The position numbers and the translations under genes are program-made. The notes beneath the pieces were generated by a model. That model did no database searches, was not told the DNA's origin, and worked only from the letters and a program-made list of their open reading frames with translations. From the NCBI GenBank assembly GCA_963718665.1, contig OY970359.1, forward strand, positions 2,144,001 through 2,208,000: a DNA stretch of 64,000 bases. Direction: 5' to 3'. The DNA comes from an uncultured Phycisphaerales bacterium. Lineage in GTDB: Bacteria; Planctomycetota; Phycisphaerae; Sedimentisphaerales; Anaerobacaceae. Of the stretch, positions 50,188-60,813 are shown one piece after another (positions within the stretch are counted from its first letter, which is position 1; each line of letters begins with the position of its first letter).

Positions 50188-51733
50188 AGATATCCTTCCT
50201 GAGAATACGCTCAAGACGCTTGTGCCGCAGGAAGAGGTGACGCGTGTCGTTAAGACGGCGCCGTCGCGCTATCGCAACGAGATTGCGAAGTTCATTGTCC
50301 ATCGCAACCTGAATTGCAAACGATGCGGTAAATGTGCCGAGGTCTGCCAGTACGGAGTTCACGTTTTAAAACCCGGCTACAAGTATTTTGCTGAGCCGAA
50401 GAACCATTTGTGTATTGGCCCATCCTGTGAAAAGACCGGCAATTTCTGCGTAGCGAAGTGTCCGCAGAAGGCATTACAACTCAAAGAAAACCCGCTGTTT
50501 AAGGCGCTGGGCGATTATCGCTGGCCCGGAGATTTAATTTTAGCGACGTGGAAAATGGCTGAAACAGGCGACGTCCCGCCTGCGGAATATGGTTACGAAT
50601 ACGAGTGCGGCAATTCAGGCGGCGGATTTGACCGACTCAGGTTCAAATTTCCCGATAAACCCCCGGTAAGAATCGACGCCGACAAGATAGACACAAGCAT
50701 ATCGCTCAATAAACGCGGCGATGGTAGGCCCGAAATCAAAATTGACGTCCCTTGGTACGGCGGCGGTATGTCATTCGGATCGGTCAGTAACGTAACCCAG
50801 TTATCAAAAGCCAGGGCCGCAAAGGCCTGGAACACCTTCACCTGCACGGGCGAAGGCGGATATATGGAGCGGATGAGGCCTTATGACGACCACGTGATTA
50901 CGCAGGTCGCAACGGGGCTTTTCGGCGTGCGTGAGGAGACGATTCAGCGTGTGCCGATAGTGGAATTCAAATATGCCCAGGGCGCAAAACCGGGTCTGGG
51001 CGGCCACCTGTTAGGCGACAAGAACACCCCGGCTGTGGCAAAGATGCGTGAGGCGGTTGTTGGTATATCGTTGTTTTCGCCTTTCCCGTTCCACAGCGTT
51101 TATTCCATCGAAGACCATCAAAAGCACCTTGACTGGATAAAGCATGTTAACAAGAGGGCTTTAATATCAACGAAGGTATCGACGCCGACGGATGTCGATA
51201 TGGTCGCGGTCGGAAGCTACTCGGCAGGGACCCATATCGTCCACATAGACGGCGGCTACGGCGGAACCGGCGCAGCGCCTGATATAGCGAAAAAGAATAT
51301 CGCGATGCCTATCGAATACGCTATCGGAAGGGTCCACAAGTTCCTGGCCGACGAGGGCGTTCGTGACAAAGTAACGCTTATCGCCAGCGGCGGAATACGC
51401 TCGGCGCACGACGTGGCCAAGGCCATTGCCCTCGGTGCTGACGGGGTCGTAATAGGGACAGTTGAATTAGTGGCTCTTGGATGTGTCCGGTGCAGCAGAT
51501 GCGAAAGCGGAAGGGGCTGTCCGCGCGGTATCGCTACAACCGACCCTGAGCTGGCGGCGAAAATGAATATCGATTGGGGTACACAGCGGATTATCAATCT
51601 CTATAACGCCTGGCGAAAAGTGCTTGTCGGAATACTTCAGCGTTTTGGTATGAAAAGCGTGACTGAATTACGCGGACGTACCGACTTGTTAATGCATCTT
51701 GATTACACCAATGATATGGGAGTCGAGAAATGA
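50153..51733 (+). CDS. Glutamate synthase FMN-binding subunit (archaeal-type/split GltB) with ferredoxin domain
   Basis: MSFGS, TGEGG, QVATGLFGV, KYAQGAKPGLGGHL, GGTGAA, SGGIR, CVRCSRC..G.CPRGIAT; TTG start after GGAGG. Confidence 0.9.
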   Translation: MASFSVPEKTIKDILPENTLKTLVPQEEVTRVVKTAPSRYRNEIAKFIVHRNLNCKRCGKCAEVCQYGVHVLKPGYKYFAEPKNHLCIGPSCEKTGNFCVAKCPQKALQLKENPLFKALGDYRWPGDLILATWKMAETGDVPPAEYGYEYECGNSGGGFDRLRFKFPDKPPVRIDADKIDTSISLNKRGDGRPEIKIDVPWYGGGMSFGSVSNVTQLSKARAAKAWNTFTCTGEGGYMERMRPYDDHVITQVATGLFGVREETIQRVPIVEFKYAQGAKPGLGGHLLGDKNTPAVAKMREAVVGISLFSPFPFHSVYSIEDHQKHLDWIKHVNKRALISTKVSTPTDVDMVAVGSYSAGTHIVHIDGGYGGTGAAPDIAKKNIAMPIEYAIGRVHKFLADEGVRDKVTLIASGGIRSAHDVAKAIALGADGVVIGTVELVALGCVRCSRCESGRGCPRGIATTDPELAAKMNIDWGTQRIINLYNAWRKVLVGILQRFGMKSVTELRGRTDLLMHLDYTNDMGVEK

Positions 51734-54390
51734 ACAATGAAATCATAAAACAACTTGCATATTCGAGAAAGCAATTAGCCAAAAAGCTTAACTACTCCTC
51801 GCAAATAAGGAAAGAAGCCGAAGAGGGCGGCTGTGGCGTCGTCGGTTTTTGCTGCAGTGAGCCGGTGCCGGGCAAGCATATTTATGAGCCATCCAGGCAG
51901 ATGCACAATCGCGGAAACGGCAAAGGCGGCGGCATTGCCGCGGTAGGATTTGTGCCGGAACAGCTTGGCGTCAGCCGGGAGGTTTTAGACAACCATTATA
52001 TGCTTCACGTCGCTTTCCTCGATGATAAGGCCCAGCCGGAAATAGAAAAACAGTTTATCATGCCTAATTTCGATATTGCAAAATCGACCCAGCTCGATAA
52101 GGTCGATGACTGGAAGACAGTGCCCGGGCTGGAAGTTAAGCCGCCTGATGTTTGCCGATATTTTGTTCGGGTAAAACCGAAGGTGCTTGATGCCTTCATC
52201 GCTAAAAATAACCTGCAAGCTCTTGACCGCAGCGAAGCGGAAGACGAATTTATCAATCAGAATAGCTTCAGCTTGAATCAGAAGTACTACGCGTCCTTAG
52301 GTGAGAAGAGGGCCTTTGTGCTCTCGCACGGCCACGATATTATGATTCTCAAGGTCGTGGGTTTCGCCGAAGCGATTGTAAAGTATTATAAAATCGAAGA
52401 CCTTTGTGCCCACGAGTGGATTGCCCATCAGCGTTTCCCCACCAAGGGCCGCGTCTGGCATCCGGGCGGGGCGCATCCTTTCGCCGCTATCGATATGGCG
52501 CTGGTGCACAACGGCGACTTTGCCAATTACCATTCCGTAACCGAATATCTCAAGCAGCGGAATATCTATCCGCAGTTCCTTACCGATACGGAGGTATCCG
52601 CGCTTTTATTCGATTTGCTCAGCAGGACGTATCACTATCCGCTCGAATATATTATTGAGGCGCTTGCCCCGACCACCGAGCTGGATTTTGACCGGCTTGA
52701 CGCAGAAAAACAAAAAATTTACCGCGACATTCAGGCGACCCATATTCACGGCTCACCTGACGGCCCGTGGTTTTTCATTATCGCACGCAACATCGCCCGC
52801 GAGAAAAAATTTCAGCTTATGGGCATAACCGATACCGCGATGCTTCGGCCTCAGGTGTTCGCGTTCTGCGACGGCGAGGTCCAGGTAGGTCTGATTTGCT
52901 CGGAAAAACAGGCCATCGACGCCACGCTGCATAGTTTGTCCAAAGACGACAAAAGGATATGCCCGGTGGCGGATAAATACTGGAATGCCCGCGGAGGCAG
53001 TTACACCGACGGCGGGTCGTTCATATTTAACCTGTCTAAAAACACCCAGGGCAAAATGCGGATAACCTGCCAGGACAAATTCGGCAGGACCGTGCCTATG
53101 CCCAAACAAACAGAAAGTTGCGATTTCTCACAGGAGCCGTCTCTTGTATCTGAGGATGAAGAAAAAATACAGACGCTCATCAGCGAGCGGTTCGTGTCCG
53201 GCAATAGTATGGCGATTTTCGAGACGATTCGAGACGTTGTGCATGAATGGACGTTCGATGAGTTTCGTTTTGCCTGCCGGCAGATTGTAAACCAGACCAA
53301 AGACCCTCATAAAGCAAATCTCGCGATTGAGGTCCTGACGCTGCTTAATGACCGCAGGTATTCAACCAGCTCGAAGAAGCGAAGCCATATCCTTCACATT
53401 GTCCGCAGCGAATTGAACGAGCTGTTCTGGAATATTCCCAATATAGGCGTGAAGGATTCTTATGATGGGAATCATCGCCTCATTGATTTTGGGACGCGAG
53501 GCAATCTCAGGGGACCACAGGCCAATGAAACAACCCTTGTAATCGATGCCGCTAATTTTGCTCCCGAAGGAGACGATTGTGACGCGGCGCTTTTAGTTGA
53601 CGCGTATATTAAGGGCTGGCGGCATTTCATCAGCTTCAATTGTATAGGTCAGCGATTCATTGGATGCGGCCTCGGCCCGGATACCGACGATGTTACGATA
53701 GATGTTTACGGAAGCAGCGGCGATTATCTTGCCTCAGGCATCGACGGGCTGACCATCAGCGTGCACGGCAATGCCCAAGACCAGGTGGGTCAAATCACAA
53801 AAAGAGGTAAACTTGTAATCCACGGCGACGTGGGCCAGACCTTTATGTATGGCGCAAAAGGCGCAAGCGTTTATGTGCTTGGTAACGCCGCTGGAAGACC
53901 ACTTATCAACTCCGTCGGCAGACCCAAGGTGGTAATAAACGGAACCTGCCTTGACTTTTTAGCCGAGTCGTTTATGGCGGGCGACCCGCATAACGGCGGC
54001 GGCTTTGTTATCTTAAACGGCGTCAAATTCGATGATGACGGCAAATTAGTAGCGCTCCAGCAGCCGTATCCAGGCAGCAACATATTCTCCCTTGCTTCGG
54101 GCGGGGCGATTTTTGTCCGCGACCCGAACAGGACACTGGTTGACCAGCAGTTAAACGGCGGCTTCTTCGCCAAAGTAACCGACGAGGACTGGGAGCTGAT
54201 ACTGCCTTACCTGAAAGAAAACGAACAGCTTTTCGGAATAACAATAGAGCAGCTTTTGACCGTGAACAACGAGCGGCGCGAGCCAACAGAGGTTTACCGC
54301 AAGGTTGTTCCCGCCAACGCCGCGAAAGTTGCCTCGGAAGATACGGATGACGTTGAAGAGGCCTCCGAAGAGGAATTAGCCGCTAAATAG
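51730..54390 (+). CDS. Glutamate synthase amidotransferase (Ntn) domain fused to GXGXG domain
   Basis: GCGVVG nucleophile after propeptide, HQRFPT, AHPF, HNGD, TDTE; C-terminal GQRFIG..GDY..GNAQD..GDVG..GNAAGR. Confidence 0.88.
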   Translation: MNNEIIKQLAYSRKQLAKKLNYSSQIRKEAEEGGCGVVGFCCSEPVPGKHIYEPSRQMHNRGNGKGGGIAAVGFVPEQLGVSREVLDNHYMLHVAFLDDKAQPEIEKQFIMPNFDIAKSTQLDKVDDWKTVPGLEVKPPDVCRYFVRVKPKVLDAFIAKNNLQALDRSEAEDEFINQNSFSLNQKYYASLGEKRAFVLSHGHDIMILKVVGFAEAIVKYYKIEDLCAHEWIAHQRFPTKGRVWHPGGAHPFAAIDMALVHNGDFANYHSVTEYLKQRNIYPQFLTDTEVSALLFDLLSRTYHYPLEYIIEALAPTTELDFDRLDAEKQKIYRDIQATHIHGSPDGPWFFIIARNIAREKKFQLMGITDTAMLRPQVFAFCDGEVQVGLICSEKQAIDATLHSLSKDDKRICPVADKYWNARGGSYTDGGSFIFNLSKNTQGKMRITCQDKFGRTVPMPKQTESCDFSQEPSLVSEDEEKIQTLISERFVSGNSMAIFETIRDVVHEWTFDEFRFACRQIVNQTKDPHKANLAIEVLTLLNDRRYSTSSKKRSHILHIVRSELNELFWNIPNIGVKDSYDGNHRLIDFGTRGNLRGPQANETTLVIDAANFAPEGDDCDAALLVDAYIKGWRHFISFNCIGQRFIGCGLGPDTDDVTIDVYGSSGDYLASGIDGLTISVHGNAQDQVGQITKRGKLVIHGDVGQTFMYGAKGASVYVLGNAAGRPLINSVGRPKVVINGTCLDFLAESFMAGDPHNGGGFVILNGVKFDDDGKLVALQQPYPGSNIFSLASGGAIFVRDPNRTLVDQQLNGGFFAKVTDEDWELILPYLKENEQLFGITIEQLLTVNNERREPTEVYRKVVPANAAKVASEDTDDVEEASEEELAAK

Positions 54391-54405
54391 CGAAAGGTAA
54401 TTACG

Positions 54406-54972
54406 GTGATAACAATCAAAAAAACCAAAGCAGGCGAAGCATTGAAAGACGCCGTCGAGAAAATTTCCGGCGTTGACCTGAGCGTTTGTCTTCAATGCAG
54501 GAAATGCTCCAGCGGATGCCCCGTCGGCAAACTTACAAAGTCCCGGCCCTCGGAGATTATGCGCCGGCTGCATTTGAACGCGGGCAACGAGCTGCTGGAA
54601 AGCGACATTCTCTGGATGTGCGTTTCCTGCGAGACGTGTTCGACCCGATGCCCGATGGGTATTGATGTCGCCGGGGTGATGGACGCTTTGCGAAAGCTGG
54701 CATTATCGAGGGGAGCATCGAAACAGGAAGGTAACGTGCCTTTGTTTAACAAGGCATTTTTGAAAACGGTCGAGGTATTCGGCCGGACTTATGAAATGGC
54801 GATGATAGCCGCTTACAAGTTAGGCAGCGGCAAATTGATGAACGATACGGAAAAGTTCCCGACGATGCTCAAAAAAGGCAAAATCTCGCTGTTGCCTTCG
54901 TTTGGCGGGGACAGGAAAACGGTGAAACGCATATTCAAAAAAACAAAGCAAAATAAAGGGGCCGGAATATGA
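54406..54972 (+). CDS. hdrC: Heterodisulfide reductase subunit C-like
   Basis: CLQCRKCSSGCP, WMCVSCETCSTRCP. Confidence 0.9.
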   Translation: MITIKKTKAGEALKDAVEKISGVDLSVCLQCRKCSSGCPVGKLTKSRPSEIMRRLHLNAGNELLESDILWMCVSCETCSTRCPMGIDVAGVMDALRKLALSRGASKQEGNVPLFNKAFLKTVEVFGRTYEMAMIAAYKLGSGKLMNDTEKFPTMLKKGKISLLPSFGGDRKTVKRIFKKTKQNKGAGI

Positions 54973-55847
54973 GATACGCCTACTACCCCGGATGTTCCGC
55001 TGAATCAACGGCCCGCGATATGCACCAGTCAACTTTGGCAGTAGCTGCAGCACTGGGAATCGAAATGATTGAGCCGAAGGGCTGGACTTGCTGCGGCGCT
55101 ACCGCCGGCCACCAGACCGACCGCATGTTGGCAGCGGCATTACCTGCCGCCAATCTGGTCAAGATTAAGGATATGGGGCTTGACTGCGTCGTGAATTGCG
55201 CGGCCTGTTATAACAGGATGAAAGTAGCGAATCACGAAATCGTGACCGAATCTAAAATCCGAAGTGACGTCAGCGACGCGATTGGCCGGGATTACGACGG
55301 CTCAGTTAAAATCAGGCATTTTATTGAGGTCCTGCTCGAAGACGTCGGCTTGGAAAAAATCAGTAGCGCAATCAAACATCCGCTCAAAGGCCTGAAGGTC
55401 GCTTGTTATTATGGGTGTTTGCTTGTTCGTCCGCCTAAGGTCGTTAATTTTGACGACCCGGAGAATCCGAAGTCACTCGATAAGCTGGTTAAAGCAGCAG
55501 GCGGCGAAGCAATCGAGTGGCCATACAAGGTCGAATGCTGCGGCGGGGGATTGTCGCTTTCGAGGACAGACGTGGTGGTTAATCTGACGGATTCGATTCT
55601 TGGAATGGCCAAGAGTTCCGGCGCGGATTGTATTGCGGTAAGCTGCCCGATGTGCCAGGTGAATCTCGATTTGCGGCAGCAGGACATTAAAAAAGAAACC
55701 GGCAGGGACTATCAAATACCTGTCGTGTATATTACGCAGCTTCTGGGGCTTGGTCTTGGCATCAGCTCAAAGAAACTCGGATTCAATAAGCTAATGGTTC
55801 CTGCTTCAAATGTTCTGGAGAAGGTGGAAGTGAGCGGCAATGGGTAA
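54969..55847 (+). CDS. hdrB: Heterodisulfide reductase subunit B-like (two CCG domains)
   Basis: YYPGC, WTCCG, CAAC, YYGC, ECCG, CPMC. Confidence 0.92.
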   Translation: MRYAYYPGCSAESTARDMHQSTLAVAAALGIEMIEPKGWTCCGATAGHQTDRMLAAALPAANLVKIKDMGLDCVVNCAACYNRMKVANHEIVTESKIRSDVSDAIGRDYDGSVKIRHFIEVLLEDVGLEKISSAIKHPLKGLKVACYYGCLLVRPPKVVNFDDPENPKSLDKLVKAAGGEAIEWPYKVECCGGGLSLSRTDVVVNLTDSILGMAKSSGADCIAVSCPMCQVNLDLRQQDIKKETGRDYQIPVVYITQLLGLGLGISSKKLGFNKLMVPASNVLEKVEVSGNG

Positions 55848-58800
55848 ATACGACGATAAAAAAATTGGCGCGGTACTTGTGCAGGGCGGCGGTATTGCCG
55901 GCGTTCAGGCGTCGCTCGATTTGGCCAACAGCGGCTTTAAGGTTTACTTAGTCGAGCGCGACGCCGCGATAGGCGGTATGATGGCCCATCTGGACAAGAC
56001 ATTCCCGACGGGCGATTGCGCGACGTGCATTGTTTCGCCAAAGCTCGTTGAATGCGCACGAAATTTGAATATCAAGATAATGACGCTCTCGGAGCTGGTT
56101 GACCTTGAAGGCGAACCGGGTAATTTCAAGGCAACCGTCAAACGCCATCCGCGATACGTTGATGAAGACAAATGCACCGGCTGCAGCGAATGCACGCAGG
56201 TTTGCCCGGTGGATGTGCCGGACGAATTTAACAGGTGTCTGGGGACAAGAAAGGGCATCGCGAAACTTTACGCACAGGCGACCCCCAATATATTCGGCAT
56301 TTTGAAAAACGGCCACTCGCCCTGCAAGATGGCGTGCCCGGCGAAGGTAAACGTCCAGGGTTACGTCCAGCTCATAAAGAAGAAAGAATACGTCAAGGCG
56401 GTCAATCTTATCCGCCAGAGAAACCCGCTTTCAGCAATATGCGGAAGGGTTTGCACGCATCCCTGTGAAGCCGAATGTACGCGAGGTAAGGCCGATGACC
56501 CAATCGCCATACGGCTGCTGAAAAGGTTCGCGTCGGATAAAGAAATGGAAATGCTCGAAGCGGGCCAGATTGCCCTACCCGAAGAAAAGAAACCTTCTGC
56601 TGACGCGAAAAAAGTCGCCATAATCGGCGCAGGTCCTGCCGGACTTACCGCTGCAAGCGACCTTGCCGACGCGGGCTTCGCGGTTACGGTATATGAATCG
56701 CAAAGCAAGGCGGGCGGTATGCTTCGATGGGGCATCCCCGAATATCGGCTGCCCAAGAAGGTGCTCGACCACGAAATAGAAATTATTCGCCGAAAGGGCG
56801 TTACTTTTGTTTATAACTGTGTTGTCGGAAAAGACATTACTATCCAGAAACTGCGCAACGATAATGAGGCGGTTTTCATCGCCGCCGGTGCACATAAGAG
56901 CCGCAAGCTCGGTATTCCGGGCGAGCAAATCAACGGCGTTATCCACGGCGTCGAATTTCTCAGGGACGCCGGCTCGGTCAATAAGCCCAAGGTGAAAAAT
57001 AAAGTCATAGTCATCGGCGGCGGCAACGTCGCGGTTGACGTCGCGCGGACCGCGCTTCGCCTCGGCGCAAAACAGGTCGAAATGGTTTGCCTTGAAGGCG
57101 CAAATGAAATGCCCGCCTACAAGGAGGAAATCGAAGCGACTCTCGCCGAGGGTATCAGAATTCGCAATGGCTGGGGACCCAAACGCATCACGGGCAACGG
57201 TTCGATTACAGGAATAGAATTCAAGCGCTGCACAAGGGTCTTCGATGACCAGAAGCGTTTCAGACCCCAATTTAACGAAAACGAACTTATAACGGTTGAC
57301 GCGGACCAGATTATTATTGCCATAGGCCAGATGACCGATGAGCAGTTTGTCGGTCACATTGGAGTGGCAAGTGAACGAGGACTTTTCAAGGTTGACCCGA
57401 TAACCGGTCAAACTTCAGTAGAAGGCGTTTTTGCCGGCGGCGATAATGCCTCAGGCCCAGCGGCTGTTATCGATGCTGTCGCGGCGGGCAAACGGGTCGC
57501 CGAATCCATCGAGCGATTCCTGACCGGCAAGGAAATGCTTGTTAATCGTTTCGAGGAAAATCTCAAACCCCTTTCCGAAGATTTGCTTCCCGACACGGAG
57601 GACGTGGAGAAAAAAGCCCGCGTTCATCCCAAAGAATTAGCGCCGGCGAAACGGCTGCTGAACTTCGAAGAGGTCGAAAAAGGTCTCACCGAGGCCCAGG
57701 CCATCGCGGAAGCCGAAAGATGCCTGAATTGCGCCCTGTGTTCCGAATGCAATCAGTGCGTCGAGGTCTGTGAGCAGCACGCTATCGACCACGCTATGAA
57801 AGAGCAGATAGTCAAACTGGAAGTCGGCTCGGTCCTGCTTACCCCCGGCTTTGAGGAGTTCGACGCGACCCGAAAAGGCGAATATGGCTACGGGCGATAT
57901 TCAAACGTCGTTACAAGCGTTCAATTCGAGCGAATGCTTTCAGCGGCAGGCCCGTTCGAGGGACATCTGATTCGTCTTTCGGACGGCAAGCCCGCCAGAC
58001 GTATCGCGTGGATTCAATGCGTCGGCTCACGCGATTCAGAATGCGGCAACGATTACTGCTCCTCAATTTGCTGTATGATGGCAACCAAACAGGCACTTGT
58101 TTCGGGTGACCACGTCGATGGTTTAGACGCGACCATCTTTTATATGGATATCCGCGCGTTCGGCAAGGATTTCGACCAGTATTACGAGCGTGCCAAAGCG
58201 CAGAAAAACATACACTACATCAAGAGCATTCCGTCGCGTGTAATTCAATTACCCGGCAGCAACGACCTTCGCTTGAATTACTACGACCAGAGCAATGATA
58301 TTCAGCACAAGGACTTTGACTTGGTTGTGCTTTCTGTGGGAATGGAGCCGCCCGCTTCTATGGCGGAATTTGCTTCCCGTCTTGATATAAAGCTCAATGA
58401 TTTTGGCTTCTGCAAGACCGACCGATTGTCCCCGTTGTCAACCTCCATACCGGGCGTCTTCGTCGGCGGGGCGTTCCAGGAACCCAAAGACATCCCGGAA
58501 ACCGTTACGCAGGCCAGTGCCGCCGCCTCTATGGCAATGGAATTGCTTGCGCCGGTGCGCAATACCCTTATTACCAAAAAGAGCTATCCCAGTGAGCACG
58601 ATGTTACCGACGAAGACCCGCGTATAGGTGTGTTTGTATGTCACTGCGGTATGAATATCGCTTCGGTGGTGGACGTAGAACAGGTTGTTAAGAATATCGA
58701 GAATATGCCCGACGTGATTTACGCTTCTCATACGATGTTTACCTGCTCCGATACGAGCTTGTCGAACATCAAGGATATGATACGCGAGCATCGGCTCAAT

Positions 58801-60336
58801 CGAATAGTGGTTGCCTCCTGCACGCCGCGAACGCACGAGCCGTTGTTCCGCGAGACGCTGCGTGAAGCGGGCCTCAATCCGTATTTGTTCGAGATGGCCA
58901 ACATTCGTGACCAGTGTTCCTGGGTACATTCGGCTGTACCTCAATCGGCTACCGAAAAAGCCACCGACCTGGTGAAAATGGCAATCAGCAGGTCGCGTTT
59001 TCTTTCGCCTCTCGAAGGCGGCACGCTGGCCGTTGACCAGACGGGCCTTGTCATTGGCGGCGGACTCAGCGGTATGACTGCCGCACTGTCGCTGGCTAAC
59101 CAGGGATTCAAGGTGCACCTGATAGAAAAGGCCGAGCGTCTTGGCGGAACACTTCAGGATATTTATCACACATTCGAGCACGATGATATCGCGGGCTTTA
59201 CCAGCGCCCTAATAAAGCAGGTTGAAAAGCATCCTAACATAAAACTTTACCTGGGCACAGAAATCACAAGTATTGCGGGTCATATTGGCAAATTCAAAAT
59301 CACTCTTGCCAAAAACGGTTCGGAATCCGAAGTCACGGGCGGCACGATAATCGTCGCCACCGGCGCACGAAAGGCCCAGACAACCGAATATATGTATGGG
59401 ACAAAAGGCGTCCTGACGCAGGTCGAATTGGAAAAACAACTGCACGATAAGGCGTATCCTGCAAAGGGCCAGAACGTCGTGATGATTCAGTGTGTCGGCT
59501 CACGCAACGAAACGCGTCCCTATTGTAGCCGAATCTGCTGCTCGATGGCAATCAAAAACGCGATTGAAATCAAAAAGCGAGACCCGAACGCGAATGTCTA
59601 TGTCCTTTACAGGGACGTCAGGACTTATGGCTTCAGGGAAACGTATTTCAAGCAGGCACGCGAAGCAGGCGTCGTATTTATCCGCTATACGCCTGAAGCG
59701 GCGCCGGTAGTAAGTCAGAACAATGGTCTTGTAGTAACTGTTAACAGTCCCGACCTGCCTGAGCCAATCAGTATCGAGGCGGATAATGTTGTGCTCAGCA
59801 CTGGTGTTGAGACCGACAGGGAAAACAACAAGCGTATCTCGGATATGCTCAAGGTGCCGCTTAACGCCGACGGGTTCTATGTCGAGGCACATATGAAACT
59901 GCGCCCCGTGGATTTCACCACCGAAGGCATCTTCCTCTGCGGGCTTGCGCATTCGCCGAAATTTATCGATGAGAATATCTCACAGGCCCGTGCTGCTGCG
60001 GCAAGGGCTGCAACGGTTCTTTCCAAAACTCTGCTCGACGTCAGCGCTCAGGTTTCGTATGTTGACCAGCAGAAGTGTATATCCTGTATGACTTGTGTTA
60101 CCGTCTGCCCGTATTCAGCTCCTTTCTGCAACAAGGACGGCAAAGGGCAAATCGAGGCCGCGAAATGTATGGGCTGCGGAATATGCGTTTCGGAATGTCC
60201 CGCCAGAGCCATACAACTGCACCATTTCGAGACAGACCAGTTCAACGTAATGATTAAGCAGTTGTTCGCCGGCGGCAACGGTGAAATATTCGCGGGAACA
60301 TCATCAAAGGCAAAAGAGTTAACGGAAAAAGTGTAA
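55840..60336 (+). CDS. hdrA: Large HdrA-family flavoprotein (HdrL-type: HdrA modules plus inserted GltD-like NAD(P)H domain)
   Basis: GGGIAG..LDKTFPT.DC; CKMACP..CGRVC.HPCE; IGAGPAG; IGGGNVAVD; two QCVGSR...CS.ICC; ASCTPR; terminal ferredoxin. Confidence 0.9.
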   Translation: MGKYDDKKIGAVLVQGGGIAGVQASLDLANSGFKVYLVERDAAIGGMMAHLDKTFPTGDCATCIVSPKLVECARNLNIKIMTLSELVDLEGEPGNFKATVKRHPRYVDEDKCTGCSECTQVCPVDVPDEFNRCLGTRKGIAKLYAQATPNIFGILKNGHSPCKMACPAKVNVQGYVQLIKKKEYVKAVNLIRQRNPLSAICGRVCTHPCEAECTRGKADDPIAIRLLKRFASDKEMEMLEAGQIALPEEKKPSADAKKVAIIGAGPAGLTAASDLADAGFAVTVYESQSKAGGMLRWGIPEYRLPKKVLDHEIEIIRRKGVTFVYNCVVGKDITIQKLRNDNEAVFIAAGAHKSRKLGIPGEQINGVIHGVEFLRDAGSVNKPKVKNKVIVIGGGNVAVDVARTALRLGAKQVEMVCLEGANEMPAYKEEIEATLAEGIRIRNGWGPKRITGNGSITGIEFKRCTRVFDDQKRFRPQFNENELITVDADQIIIAIGQMTDEQFVGHIGVASERGLFKVDPITGQTSVEGVFAGGDNASGPAAVIDAVAAGKRVAESIERFLTGKEMLVNRFEENLKPLSEDLLPDTEDVEKKARVHPKELAPAKRLLNFEEVEKGLTEAQAIAEAERCLNCALCSECNQCVEVCEQHAIDHAMKEQIVKLEVGSVLLTPGFEEFDATRKGEYGYGRYSNVVTSVQFERMLSAAGPFEGHLIRLSDGKPARRIAWIQCVGSRDSECGNDYCSSICCMMATKQALVSGDHVDGLDATIFYMDIRAFGKDFDQYYERAKAQKNIHYIKSIPSRVIQLPGSNDLRLNYYDQSNDIQHKDFDLVVLSVGMEPPASMAEFASRLDIKLNDFGFCKTDRLSPLSTSIPGVFVGGAFQEPKDIPETVTQASAAASMAMELLAPVRNTLITKKSYPSEHDVTDEDPRIGVFVCHCGMNIASVVDVEQVVKNIENMPDVIYASHTMFTCSDTSLSNIKDMIREHRLNRIVVASCTPRTHEPLFRETLREAGLNPYLFEMANIRDQCSWVHSAVPQSATEKATDLVKMAISRSRFLSPLEGGTLAVDQTGLVIGGGLSGMTAALSLANQGFKVHLIEKAERLGGTLQDIYHTFEHDDIAGFTSALIKQVEKHPNIKLYLGTEITSIAGHIGKFKITLAKNGSESEVTGGTIIVATGARKAQTTEYMYGTKGVLTQVELEKQLHDKAYPAKGQNVVMIQCVGSRNETRPYCSRICCSMAIKNAIEIKKRDPNANVYVLYRDVRTYGFRETYFKQAREAGVVFIRYTPEAAPVVSQNNGLVVTVNSPDLPEPISIEADNVVLSTGVETDRENNKRISDMLKVPLNADGFYVEAHMKLRPVDFTTEGIFLCGLAHSPKFIDENISQARAAAARAATVLSKTLLDVSAQVSYVDQQKCISCMTCVTVCPYSAPFCNKDGKGQIEAAKCMGCGICVSECPARAIQLHHFETDQFNVMIKQLFAGGNGEIFAGTSSKAKELTEKV

Positions 60337-60339
60337 CCT

Positions 60340-60801
60340 ATGAAACAGGAAAATTTTGAACCTAAAATACTCGCCTTCTGCTGCCACTATTGTGCGTATT
60401 CGTCGGCGGATTTGGCGGGGTCTATGCGTATCCAGTATCCGCCCAACGTGCGAATAATCCGCACGCCCTGCACGGGCCGGCTCGAAACCGAATACTTTAT
60501 GAAAGCCCTCGAAAACGGCGCCGACGGCGTGCTTATCGCCGGTTGTCTCGAAGGCGGCTGCCATTTCGTCGAGGGAAACCTCTACGCGAAACGCCGGGTA
60601 AATTACATAAGAGAAATGCTGGAAGAAATAGGCATCGAAAAAGAACGTCTTTGTATGGTAAACGTGTCCGCCGCGATGGGAAGACCTTTGGCGGAAAATA
60701 TTACGGATATGGTTGAAACCGTTCGCAAACTGGGTCCAAGCCCTATAAAACAATCTTCCTTCGCTAAAGCTACGGAGGATAAAATTGGTTCATCTAAATA
60801 G
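60340..60801 (+). CDS. mvhD: MvhD/FlxD-type [2Fe-2S] subunit (copy 2)
   Basis: AFCCHYCAY..ADLAG, PCTGR, GADGV..AGC..G.CHF..GN. Confidence 0.92.
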   Translation: MKQENFEPKILAFCCHYCAYSSADLAGSMRIQYPPNVRIIRTPCTGRLETEYFMKALENGADGVLIAGCLEGGCHFVEGNLYAKRRVNYIREMLEEIGIEKERLCMVNVSAAMGRPLAENITDMVETVRKLGPSPIKQSSFAKATEDKIGSSK

Positions 60802-60813
60802 GAGTGTCGCTTA

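Noticed and set aside
49336..59181. Long minus-strand ORFs (49336-50214, 56575-57411, 58438-59181)
   Set aside because: Antisense shadows of well-supported genes
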